59,827 nucleotides of DNA, taken from NCBI GenBank assembly GCA_001600815.1, contig BCKZ01000003.1:372001-431827 (forward strand), in the 5' to 3' direction. Below are positions 37,782 through 49,400 of this stretch, piece after piece. Source of the DNA: Alloascoidea hylecoeti (Eukaryota). The notes under the pieces are model-generated. The model saw nothing but the letters and a program-made list of their open reading frames with translations, was not told where the DNA came from and did no database searches. The position numbers and the translations under genes were made by a program. Positions within the stretch are counted from its first letter, which is position 1, and each line of letters begins with the position of its first letter.

Positions 37782-38495
37782 ATGTTTTACAGACTTCCTA
37801 CCGCACAAAAAAGCTCAACTGAACCGGAATCTTATATCAATAATGATTTTGATAATGATTTTGATAATGATTTTGATAATGATTCTGCTAATTATGATGA
37901 TTATGACATTCATCGTAATTATGAGGGTGACCTTGACTACTATGAAGATGATGAGGACGACAACGAGAACTACGATATTGGATATCATTATCGTAATAAT
38001 TATAAATATAATGATATTAAACCAACACCAGTTACTCCCATCACTCCAGTTACTCCCATCACTCCAGTTACTCCGGTTATTACTGTTGATTCAGTTGAAT
38101 CAGTTGTTTCAACTCCTTCAGTTCCTATCGACGCTGATGTCGATATCCTTTTCAATACCCCTACTTCCACCAACAATCGCAAAGTAACTGTGCCATATGA
38201 GTACACTATANTAGATGACAATACTAAACTTTCTCGAAGAGTCACTCCTGGTGATACCAATAATGAGAGTGATTCCGAGTTCAAGGAACTAGAATCGTTG
38301 ATAGAAAAAGTAGCTCTTGAAGAAGAAATTTCGACTGGTGATTTTCAAAATGTAGTTTCTAAATTTTATCCTAATGGTTATAATGGGTCAATAACTGTTA
38401 NATTGAAAATATTCCCTTTTTCAATGGGATTAATTTCGTATTTATCCCCTGATGAATCCATTGAACGAGAACTTACATTTAATTTAGATATATAA
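37782..38495 (+). CDS. Unknown 237-aa acidic protein, right palindrome copy
   Basis: Same translation as 36807-37520. Confidence 0.6.
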   Translation: MFYRLPTAQKSSTEPESYINNDFDNDFDNDFDNDSANYDDYDIHRNYEGDLDYYEDDEDDNENYDIGYHYRNNYKYNDIKPTPVTPITPVTPITPVTPVITVDSVESVVSTPSVPIDADVDILFNTPTSTNNRKVTVPYEYTIXDDNTKLSRRVTPGDTNNESDSEFKELESLIEKVALEEEISTGDFQNVVSKFYPNGYNGSITVXLKIFPFSMGLISYLSPDESIERELTFNLDI

Positions 38496-39025
38496 ATTAT
38501 AAATAGGACTTCTTTAATATAATTTGAAATTGTTATTTTTATAACCTTTAATAATCAATATACCGTGTAAGCGTAAACAAGAATAAAACTATAAATGCCC
38601 TATATGCATATACGAGTGACAATTTTGTAAGCAACAGAGACTCAAGTTCAAACGGATGGAAGAAGTGCTGAAAAGTTTGTGAAAATGGTGAGAGTACAAC
38701 TACTAAATAGCTAAATAATTATAATTTGTAGATGAGGGAAAGTAATAGGACATTGTATCGAAATTTAAATTGGAGGAAATTCTGAAAAAAAAGCTAAGAA
38801 AGCAGAAAAGATGAACCTTGGGTATTCTTGAGCTAACTCAATGGGTTCATTTGCCTATATATAAGACTTTATAGCAATCTATATACATGTATGTTTACTA
38901 TGGTCGAGATAATAATTGTAGGGGACACCAGTTGATTCAACATCAATCTGTTGTTATTGAGATTCTAATTGTTTAATAATTATTTCTTGACAGGCAATTG
39001 CAACTTCAACGTGAGTTCTGATAAC

Positions 39026-39071
39026 TTTTATCCCTGAAATTAAAGAACTAGTTTACATTTCAGGGATAAAA
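39026..39071. repeat. 15-bp perfect inverted repeat (potential hairpin)
   Basis: ttttatccctgaaat (39026-39040) and atttcagggataaaa (39057-39071). Confidence 0.8.
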
Positions 39072-39244
39072 TGTGCAATTGGCGACGAGTCATGACAGAA
39101 TAATTTTTAGGTTACATTGTAGGAATATTCATAAACAAAGAAATGGTTGTATATATTAAGAAATAACATAAAGCCATAGAGATTTTAATGAACAATCTAG
39201 ACCTAGAAAAGATTGATGAAAAGCGAACTTATGGAGGCAGATAC

Positions 39245-39646
39245 ATATGCTTTATACCACCTCTCAAGGTCCTTTTTTAATACATTTCCAATCCCTTAGT
39301 CTTTCTGATATCAATCCTAAGAATCCTCTTGAGAAAGTCAATCACCTATTTATCGCATAATGACCGGAAGAGTTGCTCTTTACTGGGGTTTCGGCGGTAG
39401 GTCCTACATCCTTCTCTGAATTTCTTCGTTCCACCAATTGATCGATAAAGCAATAAAGGATTTCTCTGTCCGCCGCCATTCCCAATTTTGCATAATAAGG
39501 TAGCAAAGAAGTTAGTCAAAGTTTGGGATGCTTCTTTAACTGCTGATCTGGATTGTCCATCATTGGAGAGTTGAACGAGGATCCCTAGAAATCTGTCGGA
39601 TCGATGTATTCGGCACAAGACAACTTCTTTCCATGGCACTTATTAG
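39245..39646 (-). mobile_element. pogo/Fot1 transposase N-terminal relic (psq HTH + Tc5 HTH)
   Basis: Minus strand across frameshifts: LISAMERSCLVPNTSIRQISRDPRSTLQ*; YAKLGMAADREILYCFIDQLVERR; DK*VIDFLKRILRIDIRKTKGLE; KDLERWYKAY. Confidence 0.7.
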
Positions 39647-40195
39647 TGGTCTCTTAATATCTTAATAGAAATGCTTTGAGAAATCTTGTGAATTGTTGAA
39701 ACACGGCGCAGACGTTTTCGAGATGAGTGGCCAACTGCATCATCGCTGCCAAGAACCTGATCTCAACTTTTATACTTGTAGGCCTATATTCTAGATATAG
39801 ATATATATTTCCCACTTTTAAGGGAATCTATCATCCCCCAAACAGTTGAAACTTTCGGCCGATGTATTTGGTTTTCTTGAACAACGAACCCAATCTTCCG
39901 AGCAAGGATTTCACTAGGCTTTTGGCCCTCATTGGATTTTATCATTATATTAACGTCGCACATATATGTTTCTTGCCTTTTAACTTAATAGTGAGCAAAA
40001 TGCAAAGTGATGAATTTGCATAAGCGGTGTAAATGTTTCACCATATTTTGGTAGTAATTATGTAATATTGCAATTCATATGATTCCCCTCATATCTGCTC
40101 CGACTCATATCATTAGAAACACAAAAAATCAATCTAACTAAATTTGATATTGATTTAACTGCAATAGCATACTACAGGATATTTGTGAAAGAAAA

Positions 40196-41541
40196 ATGAC
40201 TTCTTCTACAAAAGAGAGTCAATTACGGGTAAGTTATTTACGACCGCCGATCCTAAATTTTTATTAGAAAACACAAGATTAACTAACCTGATCCTGATTT
40301 TGTTATAAAAATAGACACGTTCTACTGTTGTCAAAGACAGCTTCGATAACGACACAGAGAATGACCAGCTTTTATCGCACCCACTACCTTCGGGATATAG
40401 ATCTAATGACAACACCGAAATAGAACCCGACGAAAATGACAATATAGAGAATCTTCCTGGAGAAGAAAATAGGAACAAGGAACAGTTGAACTATTTAATA
40501 TTTAATTACTTTCCGGAGCATGTAATAATCAAAATCACTAGTTTCTATCATTCACATGTTGAGCGAAATGTCGGATTATTGTTCATTTTATTCAGCCAAT
40601 TTTTTAATGCAGTGATGGTTACAGTGTGTAAAGTATTAGAAGAAGATAAAGATTTCGAGAAACCAATACATCCATTACAAATTTTATTTGTCAGGCAAAT
40701 TATAACCTATATCAGTTGTTTAACCTTTATGTATGTTACCAAAGTTCCTGATTTTTTACTTGGCCCTAGAAATATACGAAAGTTATTAGTTTTACGTGGA
40801 TTTTCTGGATTTTTTGGCGTATTTGGACTTTATTATTCAGTTCAGTATCTTTCGGTAAGTGATGCTATTGTTATTGCCTTTTTAGCTCCAATTTGGGCTT
40901 CTATAATCGCCTTCTTTATTTTAAAAGAACGTTTCACTATTATTGAAGCTACTGGAGCCGTTGCTTCATTAATTGGTGTTTTACTTATTGCGCGCCCTAC
41001 TTTCTTATTTGGCCATTCAAACCTTGGGGATGATAAGAACGGCGTGACTGAAGAACAAAGGATCCTTGGTACTACAGTTGGGCTTCTTGGAGTAATTGGT
41101 GCCGGTATTGCACAATGCACGATTAGATGGATCGGTAAGAGAGCTCATCCATTAATTTCAGTTGCATATTTCTCTCTCTGGTGTGTAATAGTTTCAACAG
41201 TCGGATTGTTGGTAACCCCATCCCTCTCTTTTGTTTTTCCTCATACAAAACAGCAGTGGATTTTATTCATTTCTATTGGTATTTCCGGATTCTGTATGCA
41301 GTTCTTATTAACGGCTGGGTTACAAAGAGAACAGCCAAGTCGAATAACTCCAATTTTTTACACCCAAATTATATTTGCTATAATTTTTGATGTTGTATTA
41401 TGGCACCAACTTCCAAATTTAATGAGTTGGATTGGGACAATAATAATTGTTGGGAGTTCTGCAGTCGTAGCATATTGCAAACCAAATCCACAAGTTAGGA
41501 GAGTACAGATTCCAGATGCCGAGTCGATGCCAATAATTTGA
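40196..41541 (+). CDS. EamA/DMT-family membrane transporter (YMR253C/YPL264C-like); 2 exons (40196-40228, 40315-41541)
   Basis: About 10 TM segments, PIHPLQILFVRQ, LLVLRGFSGFFGVFGLYYSVQYLSVSDAIVIAFLAP, IRWIGKRAHPLISVAYFS and QFLLTAGLQRE. The intron GTAAGT...ACTAAC...TAG gives an in-frame ATG start. Confidence 0.88.
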
Positions 41542-42529
41542 GTCACTGTTCAAGATGACTCATATTAAGATTCGCCTTTCCATTAAAGTTGATACACTCT
41601 GATAGTGTATAGATTCGCTTCGCATATTTATTTTATGTTTAGACTCTAAAGTAAAACTTGAAAGATTTATAATAAAATTACAATAGTCAGTTGTTTGTAT
41701 GAAACCCGAGATCACGTGAAGATAAGGATGGCCATTTGGAATAAAATAGAAATTGAAACTTTTCTGATACTAACTTTTTGAATACAGAGGCACCTAATGG
41801 GATAAACTGTGATGGGACTGTAATATAGGAAGTAGTGCCGGTTGAGTTACCCAAGTTTGATAATATAAAATCCTCTTTTTCTTCTTCTGATCCTCACCCA
41901 GATCTCGGAGTTTGAAAATTTAATGGAAGAGAATTCCAACGGTCATGAGAGAAAACAGAATCCAGAGCTACTACAGAATTATATTAGAATTAGTAGTTAT
42001 TGATAGTATTTGATACTCTTCAATCTAGTTCGGTAGTCCGAAGAAGTTGGTCAGCCCTTCGATGCATCTATGATGTTACTATGTCTCATCCAATAAAACA
42101 TCTGAATGTGCCATATTATAATCATTATCAGAGATGATTAGTCCGGTGCATTCCAAATATTATAAATAAACTGCAACCTGTATAAGCGAATCCACGTGGT
42201 ATCGGCTCAAACAGGCTTAAGACCTTCTCATGTTATATACTTCATTAGGGGTTATTATCTCCTTGTGCAATAGGAAAGAAATGGAATAAGAGGTATTGAA
42301 TTCCTATGGTTTTGGTAATTTTTTCCTTTCTTTCCTTTTGGTTTCGGGTTCATTCTAGTAAAGGCTTTAGATTTACATATCCAAATTCAGTTTTTGCACC
42401 CTTCAGTTACACCAACTCGGGTATCAGGATATACTACTGAACGGGATTAAATTTGAGGAAATAATTCCGTGGTACTGAAAAAACTTTTCAATTTATTGAT
42501 TGTATCACAAACAATAATATTAGAGTCAA

Positions 42530-45500
42530 ATGTTACCAGCCAATTTTTATCAAGCAGTGAAGTCACTATCTTTGACAAGTGGTGGAGCACAGTTATTGTT
42601 AATTAGAGCTACACTTTTTGCTCATGCTGGTCTTTCACACAAGAGGATAACATCAAGTGCTCATTTAGTGCAATCTTCAGTTACACGTCGTTATTCATCT
42701 CAACATCACTTGGCCATGTTCAAAACACCACACAACTCTCAGGTAAATTTAAATAAGACATGTATTCAAGGTAATCAATTAAATTACTTTGGAAGCCATT
42801 TACACCCATTATCATTAAGCTCAAACTCAAACATTGCCTTAAATTCTGATGGTAAGTCTTTAAAAGTTTCAAAATTGTATAAATGGTTATGAGATAAACC
42901 ATTATTAACTTTAAATATTCATTCGTATAGCTAGAAGATATTTCACCTCTACAACATTTGATTCGGGTTATTCTGCTGAAGCCGTTCGTGCAAATGAATC
43001 GGAGGTTGCCATAGAAGATTCCATGCTGAAAATTCCCAATTTGATTACTGACAAAATAGAACATCCCTTAAATGATCACAGAAAATATCGTGCCATTAAG
43101 CTTGCAAATGAACTGGAGGTATTGTTGATAAATGACCCAGAAATCGAGCAGGCATCTGCCTCACTTAGTGTAAGAGTTGGGTCTTTCGATGATCCAACAA
43201 ATATTCCTGGTTTAGCACATTTCTGTGAACATCTGTTATTCATGGGCACTAAGAAGTATCCAACAGAAGATGAATACTCTCATTATTTATCAAATCATAA
43301 CGGTAGTTCAAATGCGTTCACCTCTACTGATGAAACAAACTACTACTTTGAGGTAGGAAAAGATCACTTAGAGGGCGCTCTTGATAGATTTTCTCAATTC
43401 TTCGTTAATCCTTTATTTCTAGATACTTGTCAAGGTCGAGAATTACAAGCCATAGAATCTGAAAACAACAAAAACTTGAAAAGCGATTATTGGAGATTAT
43501 ACCAGTTACAAAAAGCTTTATGTAATCCTCTTCATCCTTTTTCAAAATTTACAACCGGAAATCAAAAATCACTTGAAGAAATACCACATACTAAAGGAAT
43601 TAATGTTCATGAATCTCTTATCAATTTTTATAATCATAAATATTCCTCTAATATTATGAAACTTGTTGTATTAGGACATGATGATCTGGACACTCTAGAA
43701 GATATGGTAACTAAAAGGTTCACAGCTATTGAAAATCGACATATTCCTCCTCCATTTTATGGTGGGGAACAACCATTAACTAGAGCACAACTTAGTAAAA
43801 TCATAAAAGCTAGAACTTTAATGGATAATAAAAAGTTAACGATGACTTTTCCAATTCATGATCAAATGAAATTTTGGGAAACAAGACCAGCAGATTATGT
43901 TTCTCATTTGATTAGCCATGAAGGTGAGGGATCATTGTTACAGTACTTTAAAGAGCAAGGCTGGGCAACCTCGTTATCATCTGGTGCTACTCACATTTGT
44001 AAAGGTTCTGATACTTTCACCATCAATGTTGATTTGACTCATAGAGGTTTGCAGCATTATCAAGATATTGCTGTTTCCGTTTTTCAGTACCTTAACATGC
44101 TACAACATGTAGGACCTCAAAATTGGATTTATGATGAGATGAAGTACTCTTCCTTGGCAGATTTTCAATATAGATCCAGAAGAAGCCCAATGGAAACTAC
44201 TTCAAGGTTGTCAAGTATTTTACAACAAACTGATATTCCACGAAGTAATTGTTTAAGCGTTTGTTTATATAGAAGATTTGACAAGGTATCTATTAATCAA
44301 TTGTTAAATCAACTTTCACCACACAATTTCAGAATTTTATTAGCAAGTAAAGACTTTGACGATCTTGATCAAGAAGAACCTTGGTATTCAACAAGCTACA
44401 AACTTGAAGATATGAACCCTGAGTTTCTTACTAAAATTAAAGTCTGTGCCCCAATTCCAAATCCTATGCTTCATTTACCAAGACAAAATAATTATATTCC
44501 AAAAGATCTATCTGTCAAGAAAGAACACATGGATAAGAATACTTTAAAGAGGCCCATTTTAATTGATGAAACAGAAAATACAAAGTTATGGTTCAAACAG
44601 GATGATACATTTTTAGTTCCAAAAGGTTATGTAGGTATTACTTTAAGAAATCCATCTTTACATGCATCTCCTAAGATTTCTGCTAAATCGGCTTTATTCT
44701 CTGATCTCGTTGAGGATGCTTTAAGTGAATTAAAATACGAAGCTAATTTAGGGGGGCTTTCATTCACATTATGTCCTTCTTTTGATGGATTCCATCTTAA
44801 ATTGTTTGGTTACAACGAAAAAGTGAAACCATTATTTCAAGAGATCATGAAAAAATTAAAATCGCTTGAGGTGGAGAGAGATAGATTTGATATGTTAAAG
44901 GATAAACTTCTCCAATGCTATACTAATTTTGGTCTCACAGCCCCTTATAACCAAATTGGTCATTATTCTCATTGTTTATTGAACGAAAGAACTTGGAATT
45001 GTGATGAAAAAATAGCTGCTCTGAAGACTGTAACATTTGAAGACCTTAAAGATTATGCTTTTAGTGTTTTTGATAATGTTGATTACGATCTTCTTGTTTA
45101 TGGGAATTTCAATCAGACCGAAGCCTTCCAATTCAAGAGCATTGCTAACTCCATACTGCAAGCTAAACCTTTGGCACCGACTCAAAGAGTTATGGGAAGA
45201 TCCTATTTGCTCCAAGAAGGCGATGAATATCATGTAGATATTGTAAATAAGAATAAGAATGAAATTAATTCTTGTGTTGATTATTTTATTCAAATTGGTC
45301 AAAGAGGAAATACAAGAAATAGAGCATTGCTGTCATTGGCGACTCTGATGAGTGATTCTTATGCGTTCAATGAGCTTAGGAGTAAAGAACAGTTGGGGTA
45401 TATTGTTTTCACGGGATTCAGAACAACTAGAACTACCATGGGCCTTCGTATATTAGTACAGGGTGAATTACCGACCTCATATGTTGAAGCAAGAATTGAT

Positions 45501-46175
45501 AGATTTTTGAATAATTTTGAGAAATATTTAAGAGACATGTCTGATAATGATTTCGATCTTTATAAACGAGCATTAATTGAAGAAAAATTAGAACAATTCA
45601 ACAGTCTTTGTGAGGAAGGGGACCATTATTGGAACCGTATAATATCTGGGTTCTATGATTTTGATACAGATGAAAGAGATGTCGAAGCTTTAAAGAAAAT
45701 TTCCAAAAGGGAACTTATCTATTTCTTCTTACATTATATTTCACCACAATCGCCGTCTCGAGCAAAACTAGTTGTCCATGCCAACAGCGGAAGATTTGTA
45801 TCGGGGAAGCAATCTATTAGCAAAGTCGTTCAATCTTCTATTAAAAATAATTTACTTCTTAAAAATGTCACAGTTTCTAGTGGTATTATCAAGACAATGG
45901 TTGATCGACATTCCAACGCCATTGAAAGTTTAAATGAAATTTTATCTGAATTGCGAGTATTTTTGTTGTTCACTTGGGGTAAAAATGCAGTTAGAATTAT
46001 TCCAGATATTGCACCCTCTATAATCAGTCAATTGGATCAGAAATACTTAAAGCTATATCCAAGTGGTCAAGCAATCAAAAATATCACAAGGTTTAAATCG
46101 TCCCTTCCATTGTCATCTGCACCTATGCCAGTACTTGATCTTGAGGACTATCGAAAATGCGATTATGCAAGCTAA
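42530..46175 (+). CDS. STE23: Insulinase-family (M16A) metalloprotease, Ste23/IDE type; 2 exons (42530-42851, 42931-46175)
   Basis: PGLAHFCEHLLFMGTKKYP (inverted HXXEH), SNAFTS, ALDRFSQFF, LWFKQDDTFLVPKG and FNELRSKEQLGYIVF. The upstream ORF joins in frame through an intron GTAAGT...TTAAC...TAG. Orthology to STE23 rather than a paralogue is not certain. Confidence 0.8.
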
Positions 46176-46414
46176 ATTATAGATTTATATGGTTGTTTTT
46201 ATTTTTTTATTTAACCTACGTTATGTTTATTTTGATTTTATTTATTTATTAGTTTGTTTTGCATTTTTAGGGCACAGGTGTCTTAGGGAGGGAGTTTTAT
46301 GATCTTGTTGTAAAAAGAAACTGTTATTAGAATATTTATATGTCTGATTGGTTTGATTCCTTAGATTAATAAGGATTTTCAAATTGTAAATAGTCATTTA
46401 ATAGATATATATAA

Positions 46415-47383
46415 TTAGTCATCATTATCGTCATTTTCTTGTATTATTTCCTGGATATGTTGCGATTTGAACTGATGAACATCAACATCAACCGCCCGCT
46501 TAAAGTTCTCTTTATCATCAGCATAGGCAAGTAAATAATCAGTTTCCAATTCATGAACTTGTCCACCCAAAATTATCAAAGAATGTAATGGGGCTCCTGA
46601 TTCATAATTTGTCAATTCGCTAAGGGTAGCTGCGTAAAACCTCTGAGTTGAAGATCCCAATCTTGAAACTGCAACACATGGTGTATCTGCAGTATAGGCT
46701 TTATCGTTTCTTTTCTCCTCTATCTCAAGAAGTTGAGAAGCTGCTGTTTCAATGCTCATATAACGAGGTGGCTCATAAATCTTGTTTCCCTTAATAAGAT
46801 TTTCTATACTTTGCTCTTTTACTTTGATATCTAACAGAACTAGAGTATGTAATCCAATTTTTCTATTTTCTTCAATTTTAGGATAAAAGCTATCAGGCCT
46901 CCAATTATCTGTGAAAAATACTAGCGAAACTGTCTGTCCAAAATTGTATAGCTGTAAGCCACAAGCACCGACAGCATTCATCACCGAAGCATTATGTATA
47001 GTCTCAATCTGAATACCTAACTCACGGGCTCTGAGGATCAAATCACTGTGAGTCGTTGCACCAAATGGGTCTCCAACAACTAGGAACGCGATATCTTCGG
47101 TCTCAGCACCATCTAGAATTTGATCACTACCACTCTCAACTAATTCTCTATCTGCTAAAATAACTTCTCTGCCGTAAAATTTTTCCTATTGAAAAGAGTT
47201 AGAAAATAAAATTAAGATCATAAACGTCTATGTTTTTGAACTTACCAATGATTCCTTATCCGCAGTCATTAGTATACTCGTATAAGCCTCAAGGTATACT
47301 CGTTTGCAAGATTTGACCACATTTAAACCACGAACTGTGATATCAGTCTCATAAGAAAGCCCTAAACCAATGAGATATAACAT
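46415..47383 (-). CDS. DPH5: Diphthine methyl ester synthase; 2 exons (47383-47246, 47185-46415)
   Basis: [20 protein letters not shown]...[50 protein letters not shown] and [14 protein letters not shown]; canonical phase-0 intron. Confidence 0.95.
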
Positions 47384-47518
47384 TTTAGAAGTTATTTCTA
47401 AAATTTTAAAGGTTTCAGAAGTTTCAAAAATTCCTATTTTATGATTACCCGGATTTAGAGAAATTTTTATGAATAAATCAGATAAATATAGTGTAAATAA
47501 TAATTATTCTATAAAAGC

Positions 47519-48181
47519 ATGGCCGCTACGAATCTAAATATAAACGAAGAACAACCACTGATCGGCAATCAATCAATAACAAGAAGGGCAAAACGAAGGA
47601 TCTCACCTGGATGTCATGTTCCTTTTCTCATTCCTGTATTTGTACTTTTTACAATCATCCTCTATATCAAAGTGACCAGTGGCGTGATTCCCGAAGTTAT
47701 AAATAATGCCGACACCGTATTCAATTTTAATATAACCAGTATCGATTTGGAAGATGTTAAGTCTGAGAGTATTCTGTTAAATGTTTCAGTATCTACATGC
47801 CCAAATTATGATATTCTTTCAGACGGTATCACAAGAAAGATTATGAAATCTGCAGGCTCAGCTTTTAAATATTCTACAGTTTTCCCCCGCGATATTTCTG
47901 TCTTTCTGAAAACAACTACCAACACAGGGACAACATTGAAACAAATTGGTGAATTTCAGGTTCCACAGCTGTATGTAGATATAAGAAATGGACGTACTAC
48001 ATATCTCGAATTTGTTTCCAAGGCTAAGTTCAGCAATGATTTATTACAAAAGTTGAGAACATTACTCGACTCTGATAATCCTCCAGTACGGATAGTTATG
48101 GCAACAAACGTTAAAATTAAATTGGGGTTGCTGGATATGGGAAGTTATCCAATTGTTATGGAACAAGTGATTAACGAATAA
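47519..48181 (+). CDS. 220-aa single-pass membrane protein resembling the N-terminal part of Tag1/YLR173W-like proteins
   Basis: EEQPLI sorting-like motif, one TM segment, then a beta-rich domain (IGEFQVPQLYVDIRNGRTTYLEFVS). Family assignment is from memory of motifs only. Confidence 0.55.
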   Translation: MAATNLNINEEQPLIGNQSITRRAKRRISPGCHVPFLIPVFVLFTIILYIKVTSGVIPEVINNADTVFNFNITSIDLEDVKSESILLNVSVSTCPNYDILSDGITRKIMKSAGSAFKYSTVFPRDISVFLKTTTNTGTTLKQIGEFQVPQLYVDIRNGRTTYLEFVSKAKFSNDLLQKLRTLLDSDNPPVRIVMATNVKIKLGLLDMGSYPIVMEQVINE

Positions 48182-48287
48182 TGAATAATATAGCCATTGA
48201 TTTAAAGATGAAGGGGTTTTATGTGTATAATGGCTTAAATCTATATAAAGAGCTATGTAAATTCACATTTTACCATATTAAAGGTTT

Positions 48288-48439
48288 AAACAACTACCAA
48301 CACAGGGACAACATTGAAACAAATTGGTGAATTTCAGGTTCCACAGCTGTATGTAGATATAAGAAATGGACGTACTACATATCTCGAATTTGTTTCCAAG
48401 GCTAAGTTCAGCAATGATTTATTACAAAAGTTGAGAACA
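48288..48439 (+). repeat. 152-bp direct duplicate of coding segment 47910-48061
   Basis: aaacaactaccaacacaggg...caaaagttgagaaca appears identical at both positions. Confidence 0.92.
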
Positions 48440-48623
48440 AGGGTGGTATTTCAGTAAAATTCAGTAGAAATCACAATCAAGACATGATGAGGAACCAACA
48501 TTCCACAGTCCAATAGTCAGCCCGCACTCTAAGATTAAGAATATTGTATTGGAAGAATAGAGGAATTAAATAATAGTATCAAAAGAAATATTTATAACCT
48601 TAAAATATAACACTCATTCCACT

Positions 48624-49400
48624 TAATTTCGCCGATGTTGAGGATTAATTATTAGTTTATATTATGGACTAATATTTGGCCATATGATTGATTAATGTTC
48701 GGCCATTACGTATAAAATCACTATCGGCCATGTTATGCATTAATTAATATCTGCCATGTGATGCATTACTGGTAACCGACCAGACTAATGTTCGGCCACA
48801 GTAAATAAAAGTTTTAGCAGCCTAATGTGTGATTTAGTATTACAAGCATCTTTCCTCCGTAAATATTTTACATGATAACCATTAAAGAATAATGAATCCT
48901 TTGAAAATATGAGGTAGATCTATAGAAGACACATGGAATCCCGGTTGAACAATCATCATATTATTACCCGAGTGTTAATGTATTCATTTCTAAATCTCTG
49001 ATGAAAGAAAGGTTTTAGTTTAAATGGATATCTAATATATATATGTATCAATCATAATCGATTAGTTTGTGTCTAGACTTTCAATCTTACATTATTAATG
49101 TGAAGGCATAGAAACTTATCGGCGTATTGGTTCCGAAAGATTGAATCAAGTGGCCTATTATTTAGTAAATAAATATCACATCACGTGATCATGGAGTTCC
49201 AAAAATTGGCGAATAACTCCTTTATATTGTGGTCGAATTTATACATGGCCGAGTATTAGTGCTTCGCATAAATCAAAAAGTTGAGTCACGTGGCCTAATA
49301 CTAGCGCATTGCGCATATCAATGTATTTAGTCCTCCAAGTGAGTGAAATGACCATTAGGCGTACCGGCCTACCGGTATATATTATTACTGCCGAAACTAA
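48624..49400. repeat. Array of degenerate TAATRTTCGGCCA motifs, forward on the left and reversed on the right
   Basis: Forward copies at about 48669, 48692, 48721, 48744 and 48785; reverse copies at about 49150, 49246 and 49291. Confidence 0.5.

Larger units (their letters stand above)
36731..38571. repeat. Near-perfect palindrome: 908 bp arms (36731-37638, 37664-38571) around a 25 nt, mostly N, spacer
   Basis: The arms read as reverse complements, with paired positions summing to 75302. The Ns are mirrored (36901/38401, 37091/38211), and the called bases in the spacer are themselves self-complementary. Confidence 0.9.

Noticed and set aside
37018..38284. Alternative-frame ORFs MILIMILIMIL... 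and MNSESLSLL...
   Set aside because: Shifted or antisense readings of the repeats in the 237-aa ORF; cross-copy conservation favours the 237-aa frame.
41700..42232. Coding-looking minus-strand stretch with a branch site and acceptor
   Set aside because: Contains in-frame stops, no matching donor or start could be built, and no family was recognised.
48660..48800. CRISPR-like regular repeats
   Set aside because: Eukaryotic context, short degenerate units and no cas genes.
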